Assembly: GCA_907165135.1 (NCBI GenBank)
Contig: OU015567.1
Coordinates: forward strand, 5,456,001 to 5,520,000
Direction: 5' to 3'
DNA: 64,000 nt
Origin: Oikopleura dioica
Lineage: Eukaryota; Animalia; Chordata
In this document: piece after piece, positions 1 through 14,500 of the stretch
Numbering within the stretch: the stretch's first letter is position 1
Layout of the letters: the number at the start of each line of letters is the position of its first letter
Position numbers and translations under genes: made by a program
Notes under the pieces: generated by a model
Database searches by the model: none
Told to the model about the DNA's origin: nothing
What the model saw: the letters and a program-made list of their open reading frames with translations, nothing else

Positions 1-149
1 TGTATATTTCAGAGCTAAAGCGAAAACCTGACAAATAAAATCTCACTTGATTGGATTGTATAAATTATACAGTATAATATTTTAAATATAAAAATTGTAT
101 TGCATTATTTTTTTAGAAAAATATTCTTCTTTAGTTCTTTTTCTTCATA

Positions 150-2801
150 AAATTGCAACTTTCTGAAAATCGATGAGTCTCTCTTCTTGATTTATCTCTT
201 CGTAATTACAAGCCATAGAAAGACGCATGCGGTTTTTCCAGTGGTGACAAGCGACTTTACGAAAAGCGATAAGGGGAGCAACACGTCTAAGAGCGTCTTT
301 ATCAATTTTCCATGTTCCCATAATTCAAAAAGTCAAAGAGTTCAACAAGCGAAAGGTTGTGAAGGACGCAATGTGGGAACTATCGTGGTTCCGATGTACT
401 AAACCAGCCGCGGAATACAAAAAACTAACGAGGGTTTTTGGGTTGATTTAAAAGTGTAATCCAACCGCGCGGTTTCATCATGCAATCAGTCAAATCTCCT
501 TCTTGGAAAGAATGAAGTCACGAAAAAAATGATGGTGCCAATGATATATTTTATGTGGCGATTTCAGGGTAAACAGTAGATTACAGTCGTTGTATAATGA
601 AAAATGTGTGGAATAGATCAGATCATCGTTCGGCAAATTTTCGAGCCGAAGAAAAGTGTTCTTCTGAAGTTTGATCTTTCTGAAATGATTTTTTTTAAGA
701 GGGTTATGTCGATATGAATGATTTCCGCCAATTTTTGCAAAAAAATATCAGAGTGACAACCTTATTTTTCCATAAGAAAGAATAGACAAACACTTTTCTT
801 GATCTGTAGAAAAAATAAGGGTGTCACTATGTTAAATTTATTTGTAAGAATTAGCCCTTTTGTTTATTGATAATTAATCATTTTACCTGGTAAAAGAGAT
901 TCTGGACTCGTCTTATCCGTTATTTTGAGCATGTCCTTGATGTACTATTCAAGGGTTTTTTACGTTTTTCTTTGAGCGCTAATGATGCTTGTTAATTGAC
1001 ACTTACTAAGAGACAAATTCGCAATAACTCATTAGTTCGGTAATTAATTACGTCTGAAGCGGCCAGGAATAACACATGTTTCAATCAACACTAATTCTTA
1101 TCGCGAATGTTGTTTTAATTACAACATCAATGAAAAGGGAACGTGAGCTACTAGGGTTAAATAAGGATCAAAACCCGTTGCAAAATTGCAGCCATCATAT
1201 TTGGATTTCTGGAATGAAGGTCGTCGATTTCCGATACAAAGATCATAAAACACAGCTTGAGCTTTTTTTCGACGGGACCAAATAAGATAAGACTTTCAAG
1301 ATAGCTTAAATTTGAAACGATAAAAATTCGTGGTCCCGGCTTTCCTTGGCGCTGAGGAGGGGAAGCCTGATGGAGTCGAGCGGGTTTAGTTCGTGGCGAA
1401 AGATGACGGATTCTTCGTGCGAAAATCGTTTTCGCAAGATTTTGGACCAGTTGGTAAGGGGGTCGCGGCGGGCGCGCTCGGCAAGGATGACTTCTGTTTT
1501 GCGATTCTTGTTACGCATTATGAAGAACATCTCGTTCGACTTTTCTGAATAGAAATTTCAAAGGGGAGGTTGATTTTTTCGATTTTTTGGTTCAGGTCAT
1601 ATTTTTGAATAAGGGTATCACTATCTTAATTTTTAAAATGTCTTGTCCTGCTCTTGACCTCGAAAACCTGTGTAAAAACCTGAGTCAGGACCTGAATGAG
1701 AAAAAAAGCTTCTTCGGATCCTGACTCAGGTTTTGAACACAGGTTTTTGAGCCCAGCTATCGACATCCCTTGTTAATCCGTTAAATCTAGTTAAGGTGAT
1801 CTCGACATATGAACTACAAAAATGAAAGACACGTCCTCTTCTGTCACGAAAATCCGCTGACTTACTTTTCTTCCTGTAATCTCCTAGAATCTCCTGTTTT
1901 TGCCTGACTCGCGCAACACGTGACTTCACCAAAGCTTCGAGCGCTTGTTTCAAGTGTTCACAGAAGCTGATTCAAATTCAATTTGCGAATTTCACGTTCC
2001 TCTTTTCGAACTTCACCTCAATTTGAGTCGCTTATTCAAAAATTAATCAACGAGTAAGAAGCGCAAAATCCAGCGTAATCGTTTCTGGAGCCTCGGCGCT
2101 TTTTAGATAATAAATTAAAAAAAGGTCGAATTTCGAGTCGAATTCTGAACACTGTTTCTTGATTCAATTCCCATTTGTCGGCTTCTTCCATCAGCTGGGC
2201 AATCTCCTTTGGTCTTAGCCCGGATTTCGAAGTTGTCACTAAAAATGACTTTTTTGAGCCAAAGGCAAATAAGGGGATACCTTGTTGTTGACGGCGCGAT
2301 TGCTGACGAGAAGCCATGAAACGATCCCAGGAGGAATTGGAACGGAATTCATTCGGAAATTCGCAAAATGTTTTTTCGGCTAGAAATTATCTTACTCTCG
2401 CTTTTCGAAACAACGAATTTTTCAATCAGAAATCTAATTGGTCGATCAATTTTTTCAACAAAATTTTGGTTGATGAATCATCAAAAGATCGGATGGCTTG
2501 GATAGTTCTAGAGATCTTAGTCTGGTAGCCTACTGCATTTTCTTGAATAAAAAGAAAGATATACAGTAAAAAGTGGCAACGATAAAAAAAAAAGAAAATG
2601 CAAAAAGAAAATTCTTTGGTCTTCACCTTGAAAAAGCACTGACGGCGGCCTTTTCGCGTCCACAATATAATCCTCATAAATCCTGAGAACGCCTTTGAGA
2701 ATCCAGTGCAAATAGCGCAATTGCAAGATCGCCTCTTCTTCGGACAGGAATTTCACGAATTTTGTCTTTTCAAGCAGGTCTGAGTTAGCGTCGATAATCA
2801 A
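150..2801 (-). CDS. Probable multi-exon gene(s) of unknown function; boundaries approximate
   Basis: Several protein-like minus-strand segments (ORFs 2517-2801, 2036-2317, 1726-1953, 1306-1530 and an open stretch near 150-330) separated by AT-rich intron-like gaps. No recognisable domain. Confidence 0.3.
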
Positions 2802-5800
2802 GTTTAGGTGGCGATTTTAGGTCGAAAACTTAAGGGTATCACCGACCTTATAAATTTTAGCTCTAGAGCTCTTTCTAAGCTTTATTTTAATACCAAAATC
2901 TTAAGTAGCCCTAAGGGTATACACGGAGAAAACGATGTTTGAAACTTCCGAAAAATTCGAGGGGGTTAACCTTAATATTGACGCCTATTTCCTATTGCTT
3001 TCTCTTCTTTCTTCAAATTCCCTGTTTTCAGTGGTGGCAACATGTTTTTCAAATTTGCTCTTTCAATTTGAAATTTTTAAAAAGAAAAAGCTGAGCGCAG
3101 TTAAGTGAATATTTTATGATTGCCGATAGCGCGTGCTTGGCAAACAAGAATGAACTCGAATATCGGGCGGAAAGAGCACCACTGTTTCCTGCCGGAGTCA
3201 CGATCCGGATCATTGTGCGCTGTTTCAACTACAGTTACATGTTCTCAAATTGAATCAAAAAATAGCCGGAACAAAGATAAGTTAATTGAACAATAAAGTT
3301 TCGATTTCAAAAGACTGATACAATAAAAGAAGTGATTTGAGATCATGGCATTAACGGACAAAGCTTTTTCTTCCTTGCTTGATCAGTCAGGCCGCGAATT
3401 CTGAATTAACTGATGTAAAAAATAGTAATTTTAGGGAGGTCTTATATGGCCTAAAAGAGGTCTTTGTGTTAGTTATTTGATTTCACTTACAATGTCAAAG
3501 CAAAATACATAAAGGAAGAATTAAATCCGATCTTATGGTCTTTCTCAAAAAATACAGAATTCTAGGAAGATTTATAAATGAACACCTGTGAATACGGGAC
3601 TTGAAATTTCTTTCAGGAAAACAAAATCGACCGCACTGGACAGGGTCTCTTCCGAGTTCTTCCCTGTTTGCTGAAAGTTGGCCGATTAAAAATTATCAAA
3701 TTGATTATACGTATCCGAAATATTCTTTTCTCAAAAATCAAGAAAACAATCGGAAAAATAATCATGCTCCAACTTAAAATGATATTTTTATGAATTTATT
3801 TATTGATATTTTGAATATAATTAGGCTTATTAGATGAAAATTCTGCCCACCTTTATAAGTTAGTTTAGGGGCTATATGACACAGTTTTGGAAAGCTCAGA
3901 AGCTGAGCTTTCATTTGGGCACCATATAAAGGGGTCTAGTTTATGCCCGCAAGGCAATTCATGAGACTGGAAGTTCCGAAATCTATTATATTATATAATA
4001 GTAAAAAATAAGTACCTTTTATATTCATTGAGAATTTCGTCGAACATTTAAAAAACTCTCTTATTGAAAATCTTCCTTCTCTTGACTATCTGAAACAGCG
4101 GAAACTGCTCAGAAAAAAGCCCAAAATCGTCAAATTTATTTAATTTCGACTTTGACAGGCGACGGTGCTATATAAAAAGTGGACAGTATCTTTATTCGCC
4201 TGTGACAGTCTTTCGAGCAAATTTGAAAAGGCTTTTTTGCGCTGCCATAATCTCGAAAGATCCGATCCGCAAACATCGGAACACGAATCTAACAACTACA
4301 GATCTTTTCATTTCATTTTAACAGTTTTCGAGCCACATTAGCAATTTTTTTCTTTCAGTAAGAAGGAAGTAGTGTAATCGCCGGGCTCTTGCTTTTATTT
4401 CGGAAACAAACGATTTTGTTTTATCTAAAATCAACTATTTCAACGACCAATTTCAAGTTCTTTTCTAGCTCCAAAATTTTCACTCAAAACAGTAGTTTGA
4501 AAATTCCTGTCTAAGAGGGTCAATTAGACTATCGAATCGTCAAGGTGATCAAAAAACAGGATTCAGGTCGTTTCGCTAGTTAACTAAAGAAGGTCATGAC
4601 ATGATATCGCATTTGAGCTTCAAATGGCACTCGACTGGTTTTGACAATATACGATTAACTGAATATTTAGGGATAGTCCTCGAAAAATTTGTATTACAAC
4701 TGAGCCTGATTCAATTTTTTTGAAAAAAAAATATTTTTTAAATCAATTAATGAAATAATAAAATGAATATTCAAGAGTTAAGATTGAAGCCATTTTTAAA
4801 TTAACGTTTCTGTTTAATTTATTATTATATATTCATATTGGTGTTAAAAATTATGATAAATTCGCGACGTATTTCGTATCATTTCATAAAGTTTCAAGTG
4901 CAGAAGATAAAAAGTAAAATGCCGACGCTATACTTCTGAAGATATGAAATTGTTTCATTTTTTTGATTTTGACAATCAGAAGCGTTGCTGTCCTTTTATA
5001 AGACGTAAGCAGGTGGCTGAGGCAAGATGGCCAGCTGATGAACCGAACCATTTTATCGACCGGGTTTTTCTTATCAATTATTCTTATCAGCTGCTTTTTC
5101 TTTCTCTTAGTTTTTTATCAAAAAATAAATGACTGAAACTTTTTAATAAAAATTATTAAATAAATAAATAACTAAGAATTTTTAGATCTCAAAGCAAATC
5201 TAAAAACATCCCTTGTCTAGGGATCATTGATAAATCTGCGCTAGAATCCCCGAAAAACTGGTTGTTTATCGCTTCAGAGAAAATTGCCCGGAACAAGATT
5301 GGAACGTGTCTCCTTGAGCTCCTGGTCGCTCAATCAAGCAGCTGCAGCGGCTCGATTATCGACAACCATGTTGTGAAAAGAAATGACAAGCAATTTTAAG
5401 ATTTTGAATTGAAATTCAGCAGATCAAGAACAACTTGGCTGCCCCCAAGAAAGTCTTTAGATGACCACATTTATTGAGCGCTACTTTGTCGACTTTTCCT
5501 TGGAATCAAAAAATTAAATCGATTCCTTTTAAATTGGATTGAAAAAATTTGCAGCTTTTGGGAGACACGTGACCTGTCAGTCAAGCTTTTCGCCGTTCTG
5601 TTTTTCCAGCTGGATTTCGAATTCTGAATTCGAGAATGAATTTTTCCTTCCTCAAACATAGACGATTTTTCGATGAGTAATGCTTCGTAGCCAGAGGATG
5701 AACAAGGGCATGCGCTAAAAATCGAAGACGAACAAGGGGTACACTTTCTTAAAAAATCTATGAATTGAGAAAATGATAATATCGACTGATAACGATCTGG

Positions 5801-6330
5801 TTGCTAAAATGGTTCGTTTTATCTACTGCTTATTCTCTCTAAGCCACCTGCTTTATCAAATAAAACCAGCGCGAAATTTTTTTACAGAAAGAATAATTAA
5901 ATGAAGCAAATGCTAGTTTTTGAAAGATCATGGATTGCTTCAGCCTTCCAGCTTATTTTCAGATAAAATGAATCTTTTCTCTTAAAATCTTGAGGATCCA
6001 GATGATGAGATTGCGAATCTGCTAATAAAATAATCCCTAGTCAACAGTTTCTAATTGAAGACTTTCTCAAATTCTCTCTAACGGAAATAATCAACCATTG
6101 AGCAAGATAATGCGGCGCTTATTTTAATTCTTCTCGACTGAACAAGAGTCGGCTAATTACGCGGTTTCTAAAGGCATGTCTCGTTCAATTCTAGATGAGC
6201 TGGCCGCCATGATTTTTTTCAAATATAAAACGCAAATTTTACATTTTCAAATCAATTTTTTAATGAATTTTTCAAGGGCGCGAAATTGACGAAACTGAAT
6301 TTTTGGGGACTTTGTTCAACCAAGAGCGAC

Positions 6331-6712
6331 GATTTCAGATGGTTTCTTCTTTTTGTTTTGGAGGTTTCAGACGATTTTCAAACGAACGAGCATCTTTTTA
6401 TTCAAGATCGAAGACAGTGGCGCTCCTTCAAATTCAACCCTCTCGAGTCCACTTTTGAAGAACGCGAAGAAACTTCGAAATTTAAAAAAAAGAAGAGGAA
6501 TCATTACTCAATTTTGACCAAAAATGAAGTTGATTGTCAAATCCTGACTCAGGATTTTTGATTTCAGATGGTTTCTTCTTTTTGTTTTGGAGGTTTCAGA
6601 CGATTTTCAAACGAACGAGCATCTTTTTATTCAAGATCGAAGGCAGTCGCGCTCCTTCAAATTCAACCCCCTCGAGTCCGCTTTCGAGGAAGGCGAAGAA
6701 ATTTCGAAATTT
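6331..6712. repeat. Local tandem duplication, about 150-bp unit at a 229-bp offset
   Basis: GATTTCAGATGGTTTCTTCTTTTTGTTTTGGAGG... begins at both 6331 and 6560 with few substitutions. Confidence 0.9.
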
Positions 6713-9005
6713 CGAACTTAATTCGAAATAAATGATTATTCCCAAGTTTCTCGGCCTCGTTCTTTTTTTTGCACTGACCCGCAAAACTTTCAACAAAACT
6801 TACGCTCCCCGATTGTATTATCAAAGAAATCATAACAAATTCGATAAAAGAATTACATAATTTAAAATTGTCGTTCCAAAGAAAAGATAAAGAGAGAAGT
6901 TTTCAGTAATTTTTGCTTAGTTTGCGATTCTGTCATTATTTGAGTTTTTGACAGAAGCTATCAGATAATCAGGGAGTTTCAAACTTTTATCGAAGGCGAG
7001 GTCTGGAGACAGATCTATCGCAACTTCCGAAGACAAATATTTGGCAAGGGATTTGAAGGCAACTTCCGAGGGATCTGTAGTTCAACTGCCACGGAAGATT
7101 CTGAAGGGATCTGAAGATACAAGTAAATTTGATGAAAATCTCCGATATAATTTTTTGATTTATTGATTATAAAATGGGGAGAACGCAAAGTTTGTTGAAA
7201 ATTTTGTCGTTCAAGACAATTGTGACAAAAATTACGAGGGAAGGGTATTCGAGAGTATAATTAGAAACAAAATCATATTTTAAACATTCATAGTAGATAA
7301 TTACTTTCGTTCGCGGTCTATCTTCAATTGAATCGATGATTACATCATCTTAATTTTAATTTTATAGTTAGGGTCAATTCTACTGATGCTTTGGCATATA
7401 TACACTTTTTGATTTTCAATCCGACAATGACAAAATATTAAAATTACATACGATATATTTTTTCAACAAGTTATGGTCCTTAGAATTATATCATACTCTT
7501 GTCGATTATGAATTTTGTTTCGAGAATTATCATTGTTTTGATAACCATAATAAGATAACAATAAATAAATGTAAGAAATTTTCATTTTTCGATACAAGCG
7601 AATATTTTTAATAATCTAGAATACCTGTTACGAGGATGAAATTTGCATTAAATAACCCCTCTTGTCTAACATCGTCTACATTTCTTCTATTAAAATAGAA
7701 GAAATCGCGAAATCGCATGCAGGTCGCGCTCCGAGGGCGCTCTCGAGCAAAAAGCGCGCGGATTGAGTTTTCACGATAACTGGTGTGCGCTTCATCCTTT
7801 GTTGCTCGATAGAACTCTCGGCGTTGCCCACGCTTCATTGAACCTTTTTTTACTTACAGGGCCTGATTGTATAAATTAACAAGACCCGAAACAACAAATA
7901 ACAAGTTTCTAAGACGAAAATTCTCAAAATTCACGGTCGTGAAATTTTCGCTTTTTGAAAAAGAGAGAAAATCCAAGAAGAACGAAAGAAAAACTTTTTG
8001 GGAAAGAAGAAAAAATAGCGAAAAGAGAAATTCTAGAGACTCGGAGTTGAATTCAAAAAATGGAGAAACTGATGGTGGAGAAATTGGCAACGATGTTTTC
8101 AGTGAGCAATGTGACGAGCGAGAGCCCGTTTTTCGAGTCGAGAGAGCGATTTCGATTCGAAATTCAAACGGACTTGGCACAGTGCTTTCAGAACATCCCG
8201 ACTGACTGTAAGATTTGTTTTTCAACCAATCAGAAGCCGAACTCGGCGGACCGGCAAATCAGCAGCCAAGAAGCCGCCCACGCAAAATTTGTCGAAAATT
8301 TTTGTCGGTTCTTGGCGCCACCCCGATTTTATCGCTCAAATTTGAAGATTCTTTGACTCAAATTCGTGAAACAGTTTAGTACTAGCCTTTTTTTTCGACG
8401 AATGCTGAGAAAAATTCTCATAAAAATGAAGCTATTCGCTCAAAAATGCGATGATACTACTAGAATCGTCAGCAACAGGCATTAATTACCGTTGTTTTTT
8501 CAAAAATTTTTTTGTCGAAAATTCCATTTCTTTGAATCCAAAAACTGTCGCTAAATCAGTTTCTTATGAAAACGTGCCAAAATCACGAAATCCAATCTCT
8601 TCTGTATATTTTCCCCCAAAATCGCCTCTGATGCTATTCATACCAAATTGAAGCTAGAATTTGTCTTGACCCGAGCCCGTTGGACATTTGTTGTCACAAC
8701 TGGGGCTTGACGCAACATACCACAGTTGCAAAGGGCTCAGCAGTCGTCAGGAACTAAGTGGATTCATTATCCCGTAAATTATTCATCCGCCGGAAGGGAA
8801 AACTGGGCACTAGATTGAATTGAATTAATTGCTCGTTTTAGTAAATGGAGGGATCAATCGGCAGAGCTGCAGAAGGACTAAAAAGGGACAGCTTCAGTGC
8901 AGATACGACTGTGATTCTAGCCTCCTAGATCATGTAAGTGACTCATTCATTTTCAAAAAATTAGTCAAAACGGTCAAAATATCGCAAAAAAGAATCGAAA
9001 ACTGC

Positions 9006-9114
9006 AAAAATCGAGAAGCAGCCTGCGGCTTCGAGCAAAAAAATAGTTTAAGCCGCGCGTAGCGCGGCTTTTTCGTCCTCTTAGCTCGAAGCCGCAAGCA
9101 GCTTCTCGATTTTT
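9006..9114. mobile_element. Family C palindromic MITE-like element
   Basis: Arms AAAAATCGAGAAGC..GCGGCTTCGAGC and GCTCGAAGCCGC..GCTTCTCGATTTTT around a central AAGCCGCGC..GCGCGGCTT hairpin. Confidence 0.8.
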
Positions 9115-11007
9115 AGCTGTAAATTACAGCCTGTAATCGATTCTTTTTTTTCGATATTTTGACCGTTTTGATTCGATTTTCGGTGCATTTGCCCTTTTCC
9201 AAATTCCACGTCTCTAGAAAATTCGGGGAAAAGGTCACTTCCGGTATTGAAAAGTCGGAATTTCATGCTTGATAATTTGATCTTTTTGATGAAATTTTGC
9301 TTCCTTTCGTTAGTTGTTTTTGAAGAAAATAATTTTAAAAACATCATCTTTTCTATAACGAAAATACTTGCAGTAATAGTAGATGCTTTAATACACGCAA
9401 GAGTTTTTCAATTATCTTTTAAGAAAAAGAAACCAGCTTGTCTTTTTCAGAATAAAATTATGGTTTTTCAGAGAGAAAAATTTTCCTTTCAAATTTTCTA
9501 ATTTTGCAAAAACGTCAGTTTCGGCTAAGCATCGTGATTGCCTTGAGTTGTAAAATAAAGGATGAGCGATAGTCTATCGCCGATAGAGGATTTGGATTTG
9601 GGGAGAGTTTACTTGGCGAGTACGCTGGCGAACATGCTGGCACAACAAACCCCACGTCCTTGCGCTAATGTGAACAGCGACGCGCTATCTTAGTAATCAA
9701 CATCGCCCTAGAATTTTTCAGAAATCACGTTAATGCCTATTTAAAATAGGCTATTTTGATAAGCTTCGTTTTCGATATCCGATTAGAATTTTCGAAATAT
9801 AAAAAAATTTCGCTCGAACCTTGAAGGTTCAAAAATGGGCTTTTTCTCGCTTGTGATTGGTTGATTGGAGAAATAGAGACTTTTGATTGGTGGAAGAGAA
9901 TAAAAGTGATACCCTTATTTTGTGCCATCTCGTTTGATGACAAAATAAGGGTATCACTTTGATAAGGTCGGTTGAGATAGAAAACTAAGGGTTTCATGAT
10001 GAAAAAATCGAAATGACCATTTTTTCTTCGAAAATTCCGTGTCACGAAAAAGCGGGTTCAAAAGAGGAATTTCCAATTTTCGTCCAGTTTAATAAACTAA
10101 TAGTCGATTTTCTCACAATTTGCGCGCTGCACGTGAAAAATAACAACCCGTTGCAGCAAAAAATCGTTCTTTCGCACGTAAAGTAATAATAACTTACGCG
10201 CGCGTTTCTATACTTGGAACCTACTTTTTCGTCCGCTGCCCAAGAAAAAATAAGAAAACGGGCCGAGTATTAAACCGCCACGTAGAACATCAATCGCAGC
10301 ATCTAATGGCTATTTTTGTAGCGCAGACGAGGAAGACCTAAAATAACAAAAACAAATGAGAAACTTCTTGGAATGCTCAGTTCCAAACCAAAAACGATTC
10401 TCTGTTGCTGTCAGTTTAACTTATTTTTTTTTGTATTTATTTTTCAGAAGTGAAAAACACACACAACGCCACTTGCGCCACTTACTCTTTAGGCCAGTTG
10501 AAACATTTTAAAAATTATATTAAGAAAACGCTTTGAAGAAGCAAATATTCAAAAACTCGTTGAGTTTTCAGTTTTTCATTTTATAAATAACGATGAACAC
10601 TGAATGTTTCCTTTTATGTAACTAAACAGGTGCTTTGGTGAATATTCCCGATCAGATGTTGAGATCCTCTTCAATCGACCGTAATATTTATCTACCTCTG
10701 TCATCAACTCCAATTCACAAAGGCATATAATATGCCACATATGCCATCAATATTACAGATCGGGTGGAAAAATAAGTAATTGTAAAAACGCTGCGAATAT
10801 TTGGTTCTTACGTGCCTGCGAGTAGTGCCACCCTCCAAAAAACTGCTAATTACCATTCCAAACAAGAAATGCCACAAAATCGTGGCCACAGAAAAAATTG
10901 CAGCCTAGCGGAAAGTCTCAACCGGAAACCTACAAATTCCACAGCCTTGTTTTCTTCCTCTCAGCAAAAAAAAGTCCTGAAATAAACCCAGAATAAGGCT
11001 CTCACCC

Positions 11008-11269
11008 GGGTGGCGGGCGGCCCGGTTCTGCTAGAACCAGGTTCTGCAAATGCAGAACCGGGTTCTGTAAATGCAGAACCGGGTTCTGTAAATGCAGAAC
11101 CTAGTTCTGCAGTCAGATTTTTTAATTGATATTATTTGAACTTCCTCAATGTCAGCACGTTAAACAAGGCTTGCATGTATGTTCTGACTTGGAATAATCT
11201 TGAAGTTTCTTCAAGACAGGCGCGAAGCGCACAAAAACTGTGACTGCAGAACCGGGCCGCCCTACACCC
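11008..11269. mobile_element. 262-bp non-autonomous DNA transposon with 8-bp TSD
   Basis: TIR GGGTG(GC/TA)GGGCGGCCCGGTTCTGC. Direct repeat TCTCACCC at 11000-11007 and 11270-11277. Internal 21-bp tandem palindromic repeats GCAGAACCGGGTTCTGTAAAT. Confidence 0.85.
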
Positions 11270-11589
11270 TCTCACCCCCTTAAAATCGTTTTCTGAATTT
11301 TCTGTGAATAAACGCTGAGTAAGGGTCAGGGTTTATGGCTTTCAGTACCCTGACTCAGGTTTTAATGCAGGTTTCCGAGACCTTTGAAAAGCTATGAGTC
11401 ATCATTTTTCCGTCAAAAAACGTGCGGAATAAAAGTCTTGCTCCTGAAGTCCTCCAGCCCCGGAGAAAATGTTTAACAAGGGTTGAGCACTTATCCCGAG
11501 ATTCATTGAAGTTGTGTCAACACCTTTCGTGGAGAAGCTTTTTAACAAATCTTTTCTAAGAAAAAAAACCGCCTTCACAGTTCATTTCT

Positions 11590-14500
11590 AGTCGAGCGAC
11601 GTTTCCTGCAAATGTTCCGAATCAATCGCCGGCGTCAACTTTAACATCCCCTGCGAGTGGTCTGGTTTTCCTCACTGTGCGCAAAAGACGGCAAAGAGGG
11701 TGGAAAAGACGCCCTGTGGAGAGATTTCAGAAGAGAATGGAAATTGGGGATGCTCGGATGAAAACGAATGCCAGCTAAAATGCAAGGTAAAACTAGTCGC
11801 AGATCGACAAATTTGAAAAATATTCAAGATTCTAAATATTTCAAAAGTTTTCATTTATTCTCAATATTTGTTTTTCAGAAGCCTTGATAAATGTATAGAA
11901 GTAAAACAAACTTTTGTTTCATTTTCATAATTATGCGTGAAATGATGATGAATCTATAATAAAAGCATTTGAAAAAGTTTCATTTAAAAAAAATTGATTT
12001 AAAAGACAAATACAGTGAAAAAGTTTTTTATTTATTTTTCCCGTTCATGAAAATTTGGTTATTTTATAATCAATAGCAGCTGGCTTAGGCAAGGTGTGCA
12101 GCTGCTAAGCGAATCTTCTTATCGACCAGATTTTTATCTTTTAGTTTTATCAGCACCTTGCCCTTTTAAAAATTTTAAGGGGGTAGAAACAGTTTTTTTT
12201 CGAAAACAGGCGGTTTTTGACTGGCGTTTCAGACAATAAAATCTTAGATTTTCATATTTAGATAAAAACATCTTGGAGCTAGGAACATTTGCCTCCAAAT
12301 TTAATTTAATTATCAAATTTTTGAGTAATTGGGCTCAGAAACAACTCATCTCTCCGAAATTCTTGATGTTCGCACATTTTCAACCTCGAATATCTCGAGT
12401 CACGTAATGGGGAAACAAATTTCATTCACATCTTTGTGAAGCTGAACCCCTTTTTTAGGAACATTTATGAGGAAATTCTGTAAACATAAATTAATCTGAT
12501 GTTTTTCTTTATTAAGCTACAGTGCAAAATTGAGAAAGTTGTTTCTACCCCCTTAACTGAGGAAAATCTCGTGAAGTTCCTTTTATAAGTGAAAAACAGG
12601 TGGAATAGGCAAGATTTTTGCTTGAAACGAACCATTTTGTCAGCGGTTTTTAAACGATTAATTTTACGATTACAATTTTACCTGTTGAAAACAAGACCTG
12701 AATATAGAAATTCTTTAAATTATTTATTCATCAAAATTTTTATACTAATGATTATTAAAGCAGGCAGGAGCAAGACATCGAGAAAAGTTTCGATCGAAGA
12801 GTTTCATTTTCAAAAATATTTCACTGATGATATTTTACTTACAAAATATTAATATCTTGGAAGTTGTTCAACTGAATTCGAACTAAAAAAAGCTTCATTT
12901 TTATGAGAAAAATAGTAAATATCTTGTAGAATAGAAAATTCGACTGATTTTATGAATGAAAGGCAGCTGGTTAGGCAAGATATCCAGCTGATAGAAGAAC
13001 CCACTTTATCTACCGTATTTTTTATCATCAAAATTTATCTGCCGCTCACCCTTTTTATTTTAATCATAAGATATTACTTGCTTAACGATCGCTTTAGAAA
13101 GGATATAAATTGGCGGAGTCGTCTATTTCCCGCAGAAAATGCAGTTGCAATCGGCACGGCTGTCGCTGGAGTCAAAGTTTCTATTCAAAATCGAAATCCG
13201 ATGAGTCTGAAAATTCGCCACGTGACTCTGCAAAGAGTTCAACGGAGATAGTGACGAGCGAGTGTGTCAAGGAAAATGAAAGAGATTTCCGCTGCGACGC
13301 GCCCTATCATCCAGTCGGCCAAAACAAGTGCACGGGAATGGAACATGGCGATCAGTGCGAACTGGAGTGTCCTGATGGTTTTGTCAAAGAACAGCATGGG
13401 CATGGTTTCAGAACTTTTTTCTCTAGAAAATTTTTTTTTTTGAAAAACGATAATTTTTGTTTTTCAACTTTTCGTATAAAATTTTTTTCCGGCTTAGACT
13501 TGAGTATCATTTATAAGCTCCAGCATCCAGGAACATCATCGTGGTAGTATTCAGCTTCAGAGTATCCACGAAGTTTTGTCGTACTGAAGACTCAAACCAA
13601 AAACCGCAATTTAGACGATTGCGGTTGTTTGTTTTCGCAGGATTCGTTTTTTCGTCTTCTGGCGACGTTTTTTTCTAGTGCTTTGGAACACCTCTCTTTT
13701 GAACACGTTCTATTCTTACAAGGCTATTTCTTTCTATGAAAAAAATTTAAGGGTACAGACCTCGAAAATCCAGAGTTTTGAGCAAATTTAAAATTCTTCT
13801 TTTTAGATAGTGATACCCTTAATTCTATTCACAAAAAAATGATTTTTACTCAGCTTTTTGTTCGTCTTTTCCAAAAAGCGCAATTATCGATGGGTACACC
13901 CTTAAAATAGCTTTCAAAAACCTTTTTTTTTCTCGGTCCCCGCCCGCTTTAGCAACTAAAAACTTGTTGTGTAAGTGATCCAAATCTACCGAAACCTGCA
14001 CTAATCTCCATCTTCTTACGCTCGCCTAGCACGGTATCAATTTTAAAGTATATTTTACTGCAGCCTTGCAGTTTTTAAAAGAGCTGCTTGCTCGGGCCAG
14101 ATGTTTCTTTCTCTTCCATAAAAACATCCCGGAAAAATGTAAAACATGATATGACGTTCCATTTTCGATTCGATAGGAAGCAATTAGAGAGCTTCTAATT
14201 TTCCGCGAAAACTAGTCATTTGAACTCGAAAAACCTGTGTAAAAACCTGACTCAGGGTCGTCAAAAGCCGCTCTAGAGCCTGACTCAGGTTTTTGCACAG
14301 GTTACTCAGTAATTTTCGCAGCGCAGGTTTTTATGCAGGTTTTTGCTCTTTTTTGATGGTGACACCCTTAATTTTTTTTTGGGAATTCAGAAAAAAAAAA
14401 ACTCTTTGAGTACTCACGTTTCCAAGTCATCCCTTTTTTTCTGCGTTTCTAATCGATCCGCTCAATCTTAAAACTCTCAACAAAAAATGACATTCGAACG

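Noticed and set aside
1664-1750. Family B TIR as a splice donor at 1740
   Set aside because: Its phase (0) does not match the next apparent exon (phase 1 at 1544).
3000-10900. Scattered protein-like fragments (about 4030-4310, 5200-5400, 7000-7130, 8650-8930, 10704-10889); similar ones near 31750-32800, 44570-45620 and 46650-47350
   Set aside because: Probably exons, but I could not assemble consistent gene models or identify domains by eye.
11040-11110. Repeated palindromes resembling a CRISPR array (also the family B cluster at 31180-31360)
   Set aside because: No unique spacers of constant length, no cas genes, eukaryotic context; explained as transposon repeats.
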